A DNA stretch of 64,000 nucleotides from Pecten maximus (taxonomy: Eukaryota). The notes below the pieces were generated by a model. That model ran no database searches, was not told the DNA's origin, and saw only the letters and a program-made list of their open reading frames with translations. This document shows, piece by piece, positions 52,872 to 64,000 of this stretch (the stretch's first letter is position 1; every line of letters begins with the position of its first letter). A program made the position numbers and the translations under genes. The DNA is taken from NCBI RefSeq assembly GCF_902652985.1, contig NW_022983034.1, positions 1-64,000 of the forward strand. The letters are read 5' to 3'.

Positions 52872-53120
52872 TTTGGTTTTGAATTTCAACAACTATGGTC
52901 ATTAAACTTTATGTGAGATATACATGCGTGTAGTAACTGTTTGTGTATTTTGGGGAGACTAAAGTATGTTTGTCTGTGTTTCTCTTTGTGATAGCGGAGA
53001 ATTGATCTAACAGGCTAAGGCTATATTAGACCTTTCCTATAAGTTCCTGTAGAAACGATGCCGGATTTATAGTGTTACCTCATTGAAATACACTGCCGAG
53101 GACATGTAGAAGGACACACC
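52872..53120 (-). mobile_element. Degenerate SINE-like fragment (partial homolog at about 33326-33460)
   Basis: tatagtgttacctcattgaaatacactgccgaggacat resembles bivalve SINE sequence from recall. The left part is shared with the copy-4 3' flank. Confidence 0.35.
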
Positions 53121-54117
53121 TTGACCTAGTTTCAGGTCGTTATTTTACATTTGAAAGTAATCGTTAGTCGACTGATGGTTATTCAATAACAATGTCCATA
53201 TGTATCACGGCGTTTTAGCCGTATATACCATGTGGAGTGGACGGACGGACGGACGTACGGCCGGTTGTGACCGAGGTTCGAGAGAGACTGCCCGCCGATA
53301 ATGGGTGAACCAATCGCCTAATGTCGAAAATGCTGAGCGCAAATAAATATTTGTTACAAGAAAGTTAGAGGATAATAATTTAATTTTTCTTGTAACAAGC
53401 ATTTTCATTGGCTCAAAAAATTATGGTATCATCTCATAACATAAAAAAAAATAAACTGTGACGTCATCGGAGTAATCGTTGTTCACGGGATTTTGTATTT
53501 ATCGATGCGTTTTTAAATATCTGGAGCAAAATAAACATGTTAAACTTTATGAAAATGTTTCTTATCGTTGTTAATTAAATTATAAGGGTTAACTGTAATA
53601 TTTGTTTTACGTTATTGAGCAATAACACAAAAAAACTGGGGTGTTCTCTTTTCATAAAAACCCTTAAATGCATCTGATACATTATAGAGCTTATTCAAAT
53701 TTCACTATCAACTACTTATTTGAAGTCATTTTGAAGGAACAATTAAGATATTATATTAGCATCTCAAAAAAACGGATACGTTTTGAGAAACTGAATTCTC
53801 AGTATACCTTATTTTCACTAGTCCGTTAATTTGGAATATTCTGTAAATGAAGTTCTTTGAAAACAAATCGTAAGGTAGCAGTGTACAGTAAAAATGTGTC
53901 TCTGTTACATAGAATTTTCAGGGATGTCAACAGCATTGAAGATGCATGTACAGTAAAAATGCCTAATTCTGAAAAAAATAAGGCACACGTTTTAAATAAG
54001 CCCTGTTAAACATAAATATTACCTAAACTGAAGTATATATATTTGTAATCTATGCAACCTTTGCAATTTAAATACAGCCGTGAAGTATGAGTATTCTGTA
54101 ACGGATGTTACCTGATG

Positions 54118-54985
54118 ACGAAGACAACGTATCCATTGACAACACGTGTCCTCCTCATACGGGAAAGACGATCGAATTATACTGCCACCACCACAACGCC
54201 TTATGCTGCGTTCTTCGCGTGTCTCTGTTACATAGAACTTTCAAGGATGTCAATAGCATTGACGATACTACAAAGTCGTTCCCGTTTGATTTTATAGAAT
54301 ATGTGTTTAGCAAGATGAGGGACGAGTCAAAAACGATTGTTGAAGAGGACGAAAACAAACTGGCCACTCTAATCGCCGATTGCCAGACAGTGACCAATAA
54401 TGTTGCTGCGGTGATCAAGAAAGCGAAAGATAAGCTTGACGACCTCCACCGTAGTTTTCAAACCGAGCTTGACGTGACATACCAACGTCATAAAGATAGT
54501 CTAAATGATCGATTACACACCAAGAAGATATTCCATGCGAACGTGGAGAATACCAACCAGCTAAAGGTGGTGATTAAAGAACGATTTTATGACAGTCAGA
54601 CGTTTATTGCAATGGAACAATCCAAAATACAACTTACAAAACACGTGCGACGTTTACAATAGAGGACCAACGACAAACACTTTTGAACTAAATCTTACGT
54701 ATGACGACTTATTAGAGAAAGTCATTAACGTGATGACAACTGTCTGAGGATTAGATGTCTGCTCTTTCTTGTCATTGTCCTCGTACGACTCCCTCACCGA
54801 GACAGTTCGTGTGGACTGGAGATCCGTCGCTGCTCAATTCTGTTCAGAAATTTTCTATCAGAGGGGCAGAGACTCCATGGCTAACACGAGGAATGTTTAT
54901 TAAAGGCGACGGTCTTATTTTTCCGGACTTTAACATCTAAAGACCGTACGATGATAACTTAGACTATATAAGACATTACGATGTA
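54118..54985 (+). pseudogene. Older, divergent TRIM fragment (B-box2, coiled coil, start of propeller)
   Basis: SIDNTCPPHTGKTIELYCHHHNALCC...KHVRRLQ* followed by frameshifted VWTG..TPWLTRG. No RING or B-box1. Confidence 0.9.
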
Positions 54986-56197
54986 GAAATACATTTTATT
55001 GTGCTCTTACAGTTTTCAAATTGTGCAAAATATCTAATCTTTGAAAGAGGATTAAAATACCGTTGTTGAAGAGCAATGTACATAACAGATGCAGTATAAG
55101 GTATTCCATTCAAGAATTCACTAATCGATATCCGGGACAATTCACGAGGCTCAAGCATTTACCAAAGTTGATAACTTTTTCTCGGCGTACAGACACAAAC
55201 TATGTGAACTAATTTTTAAAAATTAGTTAAAAAATGGATGATAAATACCTCTCATTTTATTTCGGCACAAAACTTTCCTTAGCTACACAATTTGACATAA
55301 AAATAAAGTTAAATATTCCGATAAATTATTCAGATTTTGAATGTTGCGTAGCTCGACATGCTACAATTAGCATTTAGAATTATTCGGATTTATAATCAAC
55401 AATCAGAACATGAATTTTAAGTAGCGCGATTTACGACATTCAACATCTAGAATCATTTAAAATTTAAATGTTGTGAACCTCGACTATTTTTGAGCATCGT
55501 AAAAAGTATTGAGACACCATATCTATGCCAGTAATACCGATTCACCTGCGTTGACTTCTACAAAAAACAAAACCCTTAGCACTGAAACGAGGTGTACAAA
55601 GTCCAGAGTAGGTGTATACACAATCTGTTCTTAGACGAAACGGTGTAAGTATCCATATATAGGCATTTTTCAGCATAATAGATGTTGGATGTCTGTTCTA
55701 CTTTTGTTTTTATATATTGTGTAAGAAAAACTAAATAATAAGATTGTATATGTAATCAACAACAGCATAAACTGAAAGTAAATTCATTCTCACGGTTTCT
55801 ACTGAGGACCGAAATCGCGTTTGTTTGCACACACATGTACAACGTGTTTTGTTTTATATGACGTCTTAGATAAGATTAAAGTATTTCCATTGTGATGTAC
55901 GTATATGTGTACCGTTGTTGAACAGTTTCTGTACCGGAGGTGGATACCACACAAGAACGATCTGCTTTTCATGAAGATGCATCGTTATATTAATTAATTT
56001 ATATTTATACTCAAGCTTTATGCATTTGTTTACTGATTACACACTCATTAGTCGATTTAGATCAAATAGCTAATGCTAGAGCACAAAACAATTTCCGTAA
56101 CGTATATGAAGTAGTATGCAGTGACTTGAATTTATTTATTTCTCGTAAAACACCAATTGTAGAAATCATATGAAACATTTCAATGTAGTTAAACCAA

Positions 56198-57245
56198 TCA
56201 CTGGTCACAAAACTTGTACACTTCAAACGCCACGTTTTCCTGCAATGACGTCACAATGAGCTCCTGTCTTGTTGGATGGAGAACTACAGCGTACGGTTGA
56301 GTGATTCCACACATTCTTGGGAGAAGGACTCTCTCCTTTGAGCCGTCATGTGATATCAGGTATATGTCTCCCGACTCCATTCCACACACGTATACATTAC
56401 CATCCTGGTCAACAACGATTCCTCGTGGCCCTTTGATACCTTTACACATATGCCGGAACACTTCCTTCCCATCATGTGACCGACATACGATGACATCTTC
56501 ATCGCTGTGGTAAAGGAGTCCATTTGGTGATGCGGCCACGTACAGGTTGTTACCGCAATAAGGTAGAGAGGGTACCTATTTAAAGTCTGATGTTAAAATC
56601 TCGACAGAACCTTTAGTCCCGGTCAGTATCTTATCTCCCAGAGTATCTATACCCCATTGATTTGGATAACTTCTTATACTGTCGACAGTGGTAAGGACAC
56701 CATCCCGAAATGTACACCTAATGACTGACCCATTTGTCTGGGTCATTAGTAACTCATTCGGTTCAAATCCACGTGTGATATCAATAGGACGGTTATCCAC
56801 ATCATAATGCCTGATATACTCATAGCGATCATCAAACAGTAAAAGTTTTTTTTAGTACTGGAGTCAGAAGCGAGTAGACCTTCTCCTTCAATAAATACCC
56901 CTCCTGTCAGCCATGGAGTCATTGACCCACCGATGGAACCTTTATGTACAGACTTGACCAGAGATAAAGACCCAGTCCACACGTCTATACGAGGCGATAT
57001 TGACGAAGATGGAACTGCCACGTGTCCTACATCACTCAACATGTCCGAGGAGGACGTAGATTCGGAAAACGATGTCACGGACGATGTTGCCTGGAGTGTG
57101 TCAATGATTTGTCTGATAGATGTGAGGGAGTCATGTGATGACGATGACAATGAAGAGGAGACTTCTAATCTTCCCACAGTTGTCATCACGTTGACGACCT
57201 TCTCTAATACGTCGTCATACCCGATCTTCAATTCAAAAGTATTGT
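56198..57245 (-). pseudogene. Inverted 3' half of a TRIM-NHL copy
   Basis: Minus-strand ORFs 56746-57231, 56576-56800 and 56198-56539 match the linker and propeller through FEVYKFCDQ. There is a frameshift in an A-run near 56850 and a premature TAG near 56577. Confidence 0.92.
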
Positions 57246-57248
57246 ACG

Positions 57249-58605
57249 CTGACCGCTCTCGAAGACGATTACCAGAAAATGACCAGTAATGTGGCCATGA
57301 TGATCAAGAAAGCGAAAGATAAGCTGGATGATCTCCACCAACGTTTTCAAACGGGTCAGACGTAACATACCGACGTCATCAAGATAGTCTACATGAACGC
57401 TTACGCACTAATAGGATATTTCAAGCAAACATTGAAAACACCAACCAACTGGTGAGGGTGGTCAAAGAAAAAAGTCCCGACGTTGATACATTTATTGTAA
57501 CGGAACAATCCAAGACACAACTTCTGAGACACATGCGGCGTTTACAGCAGAAGACTGGAGACAAACACAACACATTTGAATTGAAGATGATATATGACGA
57601 CGTATTAGAAGTCATCAACGTGATGACAACTGTAGGAAGATTAGAAGTCTCCTCTTCATTGTCATCGTCATCACATGACTCCCTCACATCTATCAGACAA
57701 ATCATTGACACACTCCAGGCCACATCGTCCGTGACATCGTTTTCCGAATCAACGTCCTCCTCGGACATGCTGAGTGATGTAGGACACGTGGCAGTTCCAT
57801 ATTCATCAGTAGCGCCTCGTATTGACGTGTGGACTGGGTCTTTATCTCTGGTCAAGTCTGTACATAAAGGTTCCATCGGTGGGTCAATGACTCCATGGCT
57901 GACAGGAGGGGTATTTATTGAAGGAGAGGGTCTACTCGTTATAAACTTCCAAAACAAACAACTCTTACTGTTTGATGATAGCTATGAGTATATCAGGCAT
58001 TATGATGTGGATAACCATCCTATTGATATCACACGTGGATTTGAACCGAATGAGTTACTGATGACCCAGATGGGTAGGTCAGTCATTAGGTGTACATTTC
58101 GGGATGGTGTCCTTACCACTGTCGGCAGGATAAGTAGTTATCTCAGTCAATGGGGTATAGATACTCTGGGAGATAAGATACTGACCGGGACTATAGGTTG
58201 TGTCGAGTTTTAACATCAGACTTTAAACAAGTAGCGTCTATACCTAAACGCAGTAATAGTACGTTCGTTGCCGCATCACCAAATGGACTCTTTTACCACA
58301 AAGACGAAGACGTCATCGTATGTCGGTCACTTGATGGGAAGGAAGTGTTCCGGCATATGTGTAAAGGTATCAAAGAGCCACGAGGAATTGTTGTTGACCA
58401 GGATGGTAATGTATACGTGTGTGGAATGGAGTCGAGAGACATACACCTGATATCACATGACGGCTCAAAGGAGGGAGTCCTCTCAAGAATGTGTGGAATC
58501 ACTCGACCGTACGCCATACTTCACCATCCAAAAAGACAGGAGATCATTGTGACGTCAAGGCAGGAAAACGTGGTCTTTGAAGTGTACAAGTTTTGAGACC
58601 AGTGA
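57249..58605 (+). pseudogene. 5'-truncated TRIM-NHL copy (coiled coil to C-terminus)
   Basis: Starts mid-coiled-coil (ctgaccgctctcgaagac). Has 1-nt deletions near 57352 and 58208 and a TGT-to-TGA change three codons before the normal stop. Confidence 0.92.
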
Positions 58606-60377
58606 TTGGTGTAACTACACTGATTATCAAAATGTTTTCTGTGATTTCCACGATGTCTGTTTCATGAGGAATTAAATTAATTAATGTCACTTCATACTGT
58701 TTCATATAAGTTACGGGAATTGTTTGTGCACTATCATTAATCATTAAACCCTAACCGACTAACCAGTGTGTGATAACCAAAGGAAAGGGAAACATTAACA
58801 TTATGGGTGCGCGATAGGGTATCCCACCCAAGGACTCTCAGTGTTTGATGTCCGGTTCAAGCTATGGGCACTAACACGTACAGCCATTAGCGAGAACTAC
58901 TTTCAAATGTCGATACTAAACTGCAGTCTTCGTATTTATGTGAATATAAATCAAATGTATAAATGTTATCCTATACCAGTGAGTATAGATATACGATGTC
59001 GTGTAGGAGAGAATAGACAGACAACTGCTTATTTTCTACTAACATGTACTTAACTCCTCCGATTGTTAACCTGACGAAATATTTTTTCCTCTCATGTACC
59101 GTGAAACGTAATTAAGTTTGACACGATATCTATTTCTGTGTGTATTTCTATAACTCATCATTTCCCTGTATCAACATAGAAAGTTTCTTTTGTTTACGCG
59201 TTGATAATGGGTGCAGTAGTTGCCCCATTTCGTAAATACTGAGCGCACATGTATACTTGTTACAGGAAAGTGAGAGAACAATACATCTGATAATTTAAAT
59301 AGGTCATTTAGAAGAACAATTAAGATCTTATATTCACAGATAATAAAACAGAGGTTCTATATGTCCGTGCGTCATAATAACCCATCTCAGGTTGGGTTGG
59401 AATAACACGGATACGTTTTGAAAAGCTGATTTCAACTAAAATCAGTTCTCAGTATAGCTAATTTTTATTATTTACTGGAAGGTTAGTTCGGAATGATATT
59501 CCGTAAGTGAAGGGTGGGTTGAGATTTCAAATTCGTAATCGGTATACACATTTTTGTTTAAGTTACCGTCACAGGTACAATTTAAGCAATTGAAATAATT
59601 AGTTAATATAAGATTATGAATTGTCTATACACGTTACATGTACTTGTCAGTGCTGTGTTGTAATGTGGAAAGTACCTTGTCTAATTTAGTAACGTAGTGT
59701 CATGTACGTGTAGTCCATACTGTGTATGTCCATATTTGGTGGTGTTTACGACTTATATGTAAATTAGGGTATGAAAGTGTAAGAAATCGTGAAAGAGTGA
59801 GAGCGAGAATAGTAAAACCCGTGGGTTATGGTAGAACGCTGCAGTAGCCATTCATAGGTCGGTAGGACATATCCTCTGGGGTCCGGTGACCAATTATGTA
59901 ACAGACATGTGTACAGACTTACCGTTTTACCAGACATAACAGTCTTGGAAGGTATGTTATCCTGACAAATATAATAGAATGACTAATAATTATAACTTTA
60001 TTTAATAGATAGAATCATTACAGTCAGTTAATATGTTGTCGAGTACATGTAGGCTACGTATGTATATCATACAGGCTATTTTGTGTTTCAGAGGGTTTTC
60101 CTTTCGTATCAAGTTATGTCCTAATCTCCGGTAGTAAAATATAGAAAGAACCAGCAGAATGTGTGTTCGTTTTTCTTCCTGTGACATACTTTTAGAGCAA
60201 TGTAGACCATGTTGGACAATATTCTCGCTTTTGAGAGTTTTATCACAGGCGATACAAAAACCGTGCATTTGATACACAATTTAAAGAGGTATGTCGACCT
60301 GTCATGTTGAAGAGTGACTTGACCATACTCGAATGTAACCTTACAATGGTGTGTCAAATGATTCATAAAACAACATT

Positions 60378-60552
60378 TTCTGCAGTAACATTCTGTCCTG
60401 ACGTAATTGTCCAAATAAACTGTGCAAAATATGTGAAAGCACGAGTCGCAGGGAACTACAAATCTCAAGGCAAAGAAAACAATTGAAGGATGGACCTTTA
60501 GAACAAGTTCATGTTTCCGCAATAACCCTTTTGTGTCTAAAATGAAAAACGA
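60378..60552 (-). pseudogene. RING remnant of the antisense TRIM paralog (last spacer)
   Basis: Near-identical to 39845-40018. Confidence 0.72.
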
Positions 60553-63500
60553 ACATCCAGATACTTCTATTTCAATATTCCTTCAGTCGGGTTATTATAA
60601 TTATATGACCTTTCTTTGTTGGTGATTATATTTCAATCATAGGTTATTAGGACATCAATTTGCATTTACAGATGTGATACACTGTAATCTTTATGTTTAC
60701 TCTAATAAAGTAAAGTCAATGGGATCGATTTGACTTGGAATTTTTAACATACTATTGAGTTGAATTAAACTGGGACAGGATGCGTGATAATTACAACAAA
60801 ATTAGTCATCTATATCATGGATAGAAGTCAAACACACACAATAATGAAACAAATAGGGTTATTGATATATAGATTGTTGAAGCTAACAATGAAAAACGTT
60901 AATGGTACAATTGATGCTCAATTTAGGTTAGAAAAAAAGCTTTTCAAATATTATTTTATTAACCAGCTTGAAAAAAGTTTATCTCCTGTTCAAGATGAGC
61001 GATTTTTGTTAATGTCTGAGTAGTATTTCGGTGTTCAATAAGTCTGATTATGATTGCTCTGTTAAATCCACACAGAAAGTTTTTAAGATAAAAAGGACAT
61101 TTAAGGAAAGTTATCTCTTCTAAATATATCAGGTTTAAAACTCATTCTACCATTTAGCTGATGGTTATAGAAAAGGAATCGCCACAAACTTACACCGTTG
61201 TAGACGGATTGCTGTAAAGTTTGTATAATATGTGTAAAATGTGTAGTATTTGAGGCGAGTACGGTGTGTGTGTATATATGCACATGTATATTGGTCTCGG
61301 GTAGATAAACTAGTGCATATGAGGTAGCTTTAAATAGAAATGACCTGTTAGCAGGGTATTGTTCTCACTGATACAATAACTGTGGACGCATCACACCATA
61401 TTTCATGTAAACGATATGAATGGGTTTTATTTGATTGTATTTACTGTCGGTCATCACACGAGTGTAGAGCACTAAATATTTACCTGAAATAGTCATTGAA
61501 TTTTAAGGTGTTGTGTTACATATGAAGTATAGTAAAGTAAAATACAATATATACAATATGTGATTTGTTTGGAAACGGTAATTGTATATTAACATATACA
61601 TCACATGTTATTTGTGATTGTCGTTCTGTGATTGGTAAAAATATTCAAGATAACTAAAGCACTCTAATGTTAATGGGCCAACAAATGATGAGCAAAATTA
61701 AAACTAACAAACGAAACATGTAAAAAGGTAAATACATATTGGTACACTCACGTCAAAATGAAAAGTGCATATGCTTACCCAAATCTTGTGATGAAGACAA
61801 ACAGCTCTCAGATATTTCTAACTTGTGTACATGTATATGCTAACAATTTTGAAAATAACCTTCAATTTAGACTTGCTTTGTTGTAAACACTCTCTCGTGT
61901 AAGTTGTAAATCAATGTAATCCAATAAAAATGTTTAACGGGAAATGGTTCATTGCATGATGATCATACAACTACAATATAAAGTATTGTTGGTGTATGGT
62001 ATTATATTTTTTCATATGATACGGAACCTGTTAATTTCCACCGCAGCCTCCAAAAACATACACACTACAGCATTTACACGCATATATCTCGCACACAGGA
62101 GAAGCCGTACTGAAATGACATTATCTGTTCAAAGCAAACCATATTGGATCATACCATATCAATCACACAAGTATATACTGATTTTAAATATTCATAACTA
62201 ATAGTAACTTTATATAGGATTTAGATTTTGTTTTCACATCAGGTTTCTATTAATATTTCAGAGGAGACTTCAGAGGTCATTGAAACGTGATCTAATTTAT
62301 ATGTTTAGGAATTTCAAAGACTCAAATACATGAAATAGCGACACTTCTCGAAAAACTTTTGTCATGACTTGCAGTATCATACATAATCCTACTTTAGTTG
62401 ACAGAATTTGTTAAAATCATATTTTTTATATGAACATATCAACCTAGTTGTCTCCCTTAACATGGAAACGAGCCAAACAATGTCCGTGTGTTGTAGAATC
62501 TATACAGATGTAAAAACCAGGAAGAACGTTATCTTATTTCAAGAGTTCGGAGGCTAAAATGTGTAAGTGTATCCATATATTGACCTATATACAACATTTT
62601 AGATGTTGGATGTCTATTTTTTTCAACATTTAGTTGTACATTTTGTAAGAATACGTATTATGTGTAGTCTACAGCAATATAAACAGAAAGTACATTCAGT
62701 TTTCACGAGGGACTAAATCGTATTTACACACTGTAAAATGCATTGTGTTTAACATGGTGTTTTAGATAAGATTATCTTTTCTTTTGTGATGTACATGTAG
62801 GTGTACCGTTGCAAATGATATAGTCTGTGTATTTGAACAGGTTTTCTTCCGGAAGTGGATACCACACAAGGTCAATCTGCTATTCGTAAGGATGAATCAT
62901 TATAACAATGATTTAAGGAAAGATTGTGAGAGGAAAGGTAAGGAAGTGTCAAATAATTATTACAAATTAAATGAGTAAATATTTCATTGTCATTTTTTAA
63001 AACTTACAATCCCACTATAGGCATATGGAAATCGAAAGTAGATTATTTTTGTTATTGTTGATGTTCAACAACGAATAGTGGCTGGATATTATATATTCAC
63101 CTAAGTTTAAGCTAATTATGCCGACTTTTACCACGGACTAAGCAATGTGTATGTTAATTTTTTACACATTTACACAATAACATGTCAATATTTTTCAGAT
63201 GCTTTACCAAAACATGTCCCAGCAGATATTAGTCATTTCCGACCCCAATATAACTAATTTTCTTCCGAAGCAATAATGAACCCATCTTCGATTAAATATA
63301 ATGGCAACAGCTTATGTTCTCTAAAGAATCTGGAAGGAATTCTACAGAAGTTGTTATAGAGTACATGTACTAACTGTCAGCAGATATTTTTCTTTAAAAA
63401 ATCCAATGTTCTACCTTCAAGTAATTTGTCTATATTTAGTAATATCGCTACTTAAAGCAACAGTTCTGTGGTCTATGATCAACCTTAATGGTACAGTGTA

Positions 63501-63601
63501 CATTGTATAAGATTATACTTAGAATTAATCAGTGGCACTGATCAAAGACTAGTGAAATGATTTAAGTTTTTTTTCAACTTGCAGATAAACAAGCAATAGG
63601 C

Positions 63602-64000
63602 ATGGCAGAGGCTCATGTAGACAATCGATCTTTCAAATGTCTGATATGTCTCCAGGAATGTAACACACCCCGACAGCTACCATGCTTTCACACGTTTTGC
63701 ACGGGTTGTTTGGACACCTATATCAATTCTGAATACGTCACAGAAGATAACAGGACGTACTTCCCCTGTCCGGTATGCGAAAGTCCGTGCTACCCTCACG
63801 ACAAGGATGATCCCGTTAGTTCTTGGGCCGGTTCGTTTCCTCGGAATCAGCTATTCGCTTCCTCAATGTTCAAAGAGACAGAATCAGGTAAGACATTCTG
63901 CCACGGATGTCTAACTGACGACGAAGAGAACGTTGCTTCCTTCTGGTGTAAAGCATGCTCGGAAGCCTTGTGTCAGCCATGTCGCGTTGCACACCGACGA
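63602..64000 (+). CDS. TRIM-NHL copy, 5' part (runs off the window)
   Basis: ATG GCA GAG GCT CAT... is open to the window end, covers the RING and most of B-box1, and has the same upstream acceptor. Confidence 0.9.
   Translation, partial: MAEAHVDNRSFKCLICLQECNTPRQLPCFHTFCTGCLDTYINSEYVTEDNRTYFPCPVCESPCYPHDKDDPVSSWAGSFPRNQLFASSMFKETESGKTFCHGCLTDDEENVASFWCKACSEALCQPCRVAHRR

Larger units (their letters stand above)
1..64000 (+). repeat. Tandem array of a ~7.1-kb TRIM gene cassette (about 10 units, some expanded by insertions or rearranged)
   Basis: Near-identical ORFs start at 2741, 9833, 17684, 30801, 35985, 43089, 50134 and 63602. Spacer sequence recurs too, e.g. 'gatgagcgatttttgttaatgtctgag' near 107, 7193, 40460, 47519 and 60994. 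Confidence 0.98.

Noticed and set aside
53200-53660. (GGAC)n microsatellite and adjacent repeat-like fragments
   Set aside because: Probably TE debris, but no boundaries or family could be supported from the sequence.
2741-58605. Diversity-generating retroelement or programmed V(D)J-like system
   Set aside because: No reverse transcriptase, recombinase or signal sequences are visible, and the changes are not adenine-specific. Ordinary conversion plus selection is sufficient.

Overview
AT-rich eukaryotic DNA, most likely a bivalve mollusc (inferred from the repeat families, not proven). The window is a tandem array of a ~7.1-kb unit (ATG-to-ATG spacings 7092, 7851, 13117, 5184, 7104 and 7045 bp). 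Each unit carries a TRIM gene with an intron-free CDS: RING, B-box1, B-box2, coiled coil, Ser-rich linker and an NHL-like beta-propeller, ~687 aa. Four copies are intact, three are full length but frameshifted, three are fragments (one inverted) and one runs off the window end. Most units also carry a decayed second TRIM paralog on the minus strand, so the amplified cassette was originally a gene pair. The N-terminal half and the spacers are nearly identical between copies, while predicted propeller loops are hypervariable and mosaic. An ISRE-like and an ETS-like motif are kept upstream of every full-length copy, including the one with a highly diverged upstream region. Together this suggests a diversifying, possibly IRF-inducible innate-immune recognition/E3 ligase repertoire (inference). 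Comparing units exposes insertions with exact boundaries: a 5.9-kb Kolobok-type TTAA transposon with nested elements and decayed transposase-like exons, a solo LTR, a MITE and an element capped by a 66-bp hairpin.
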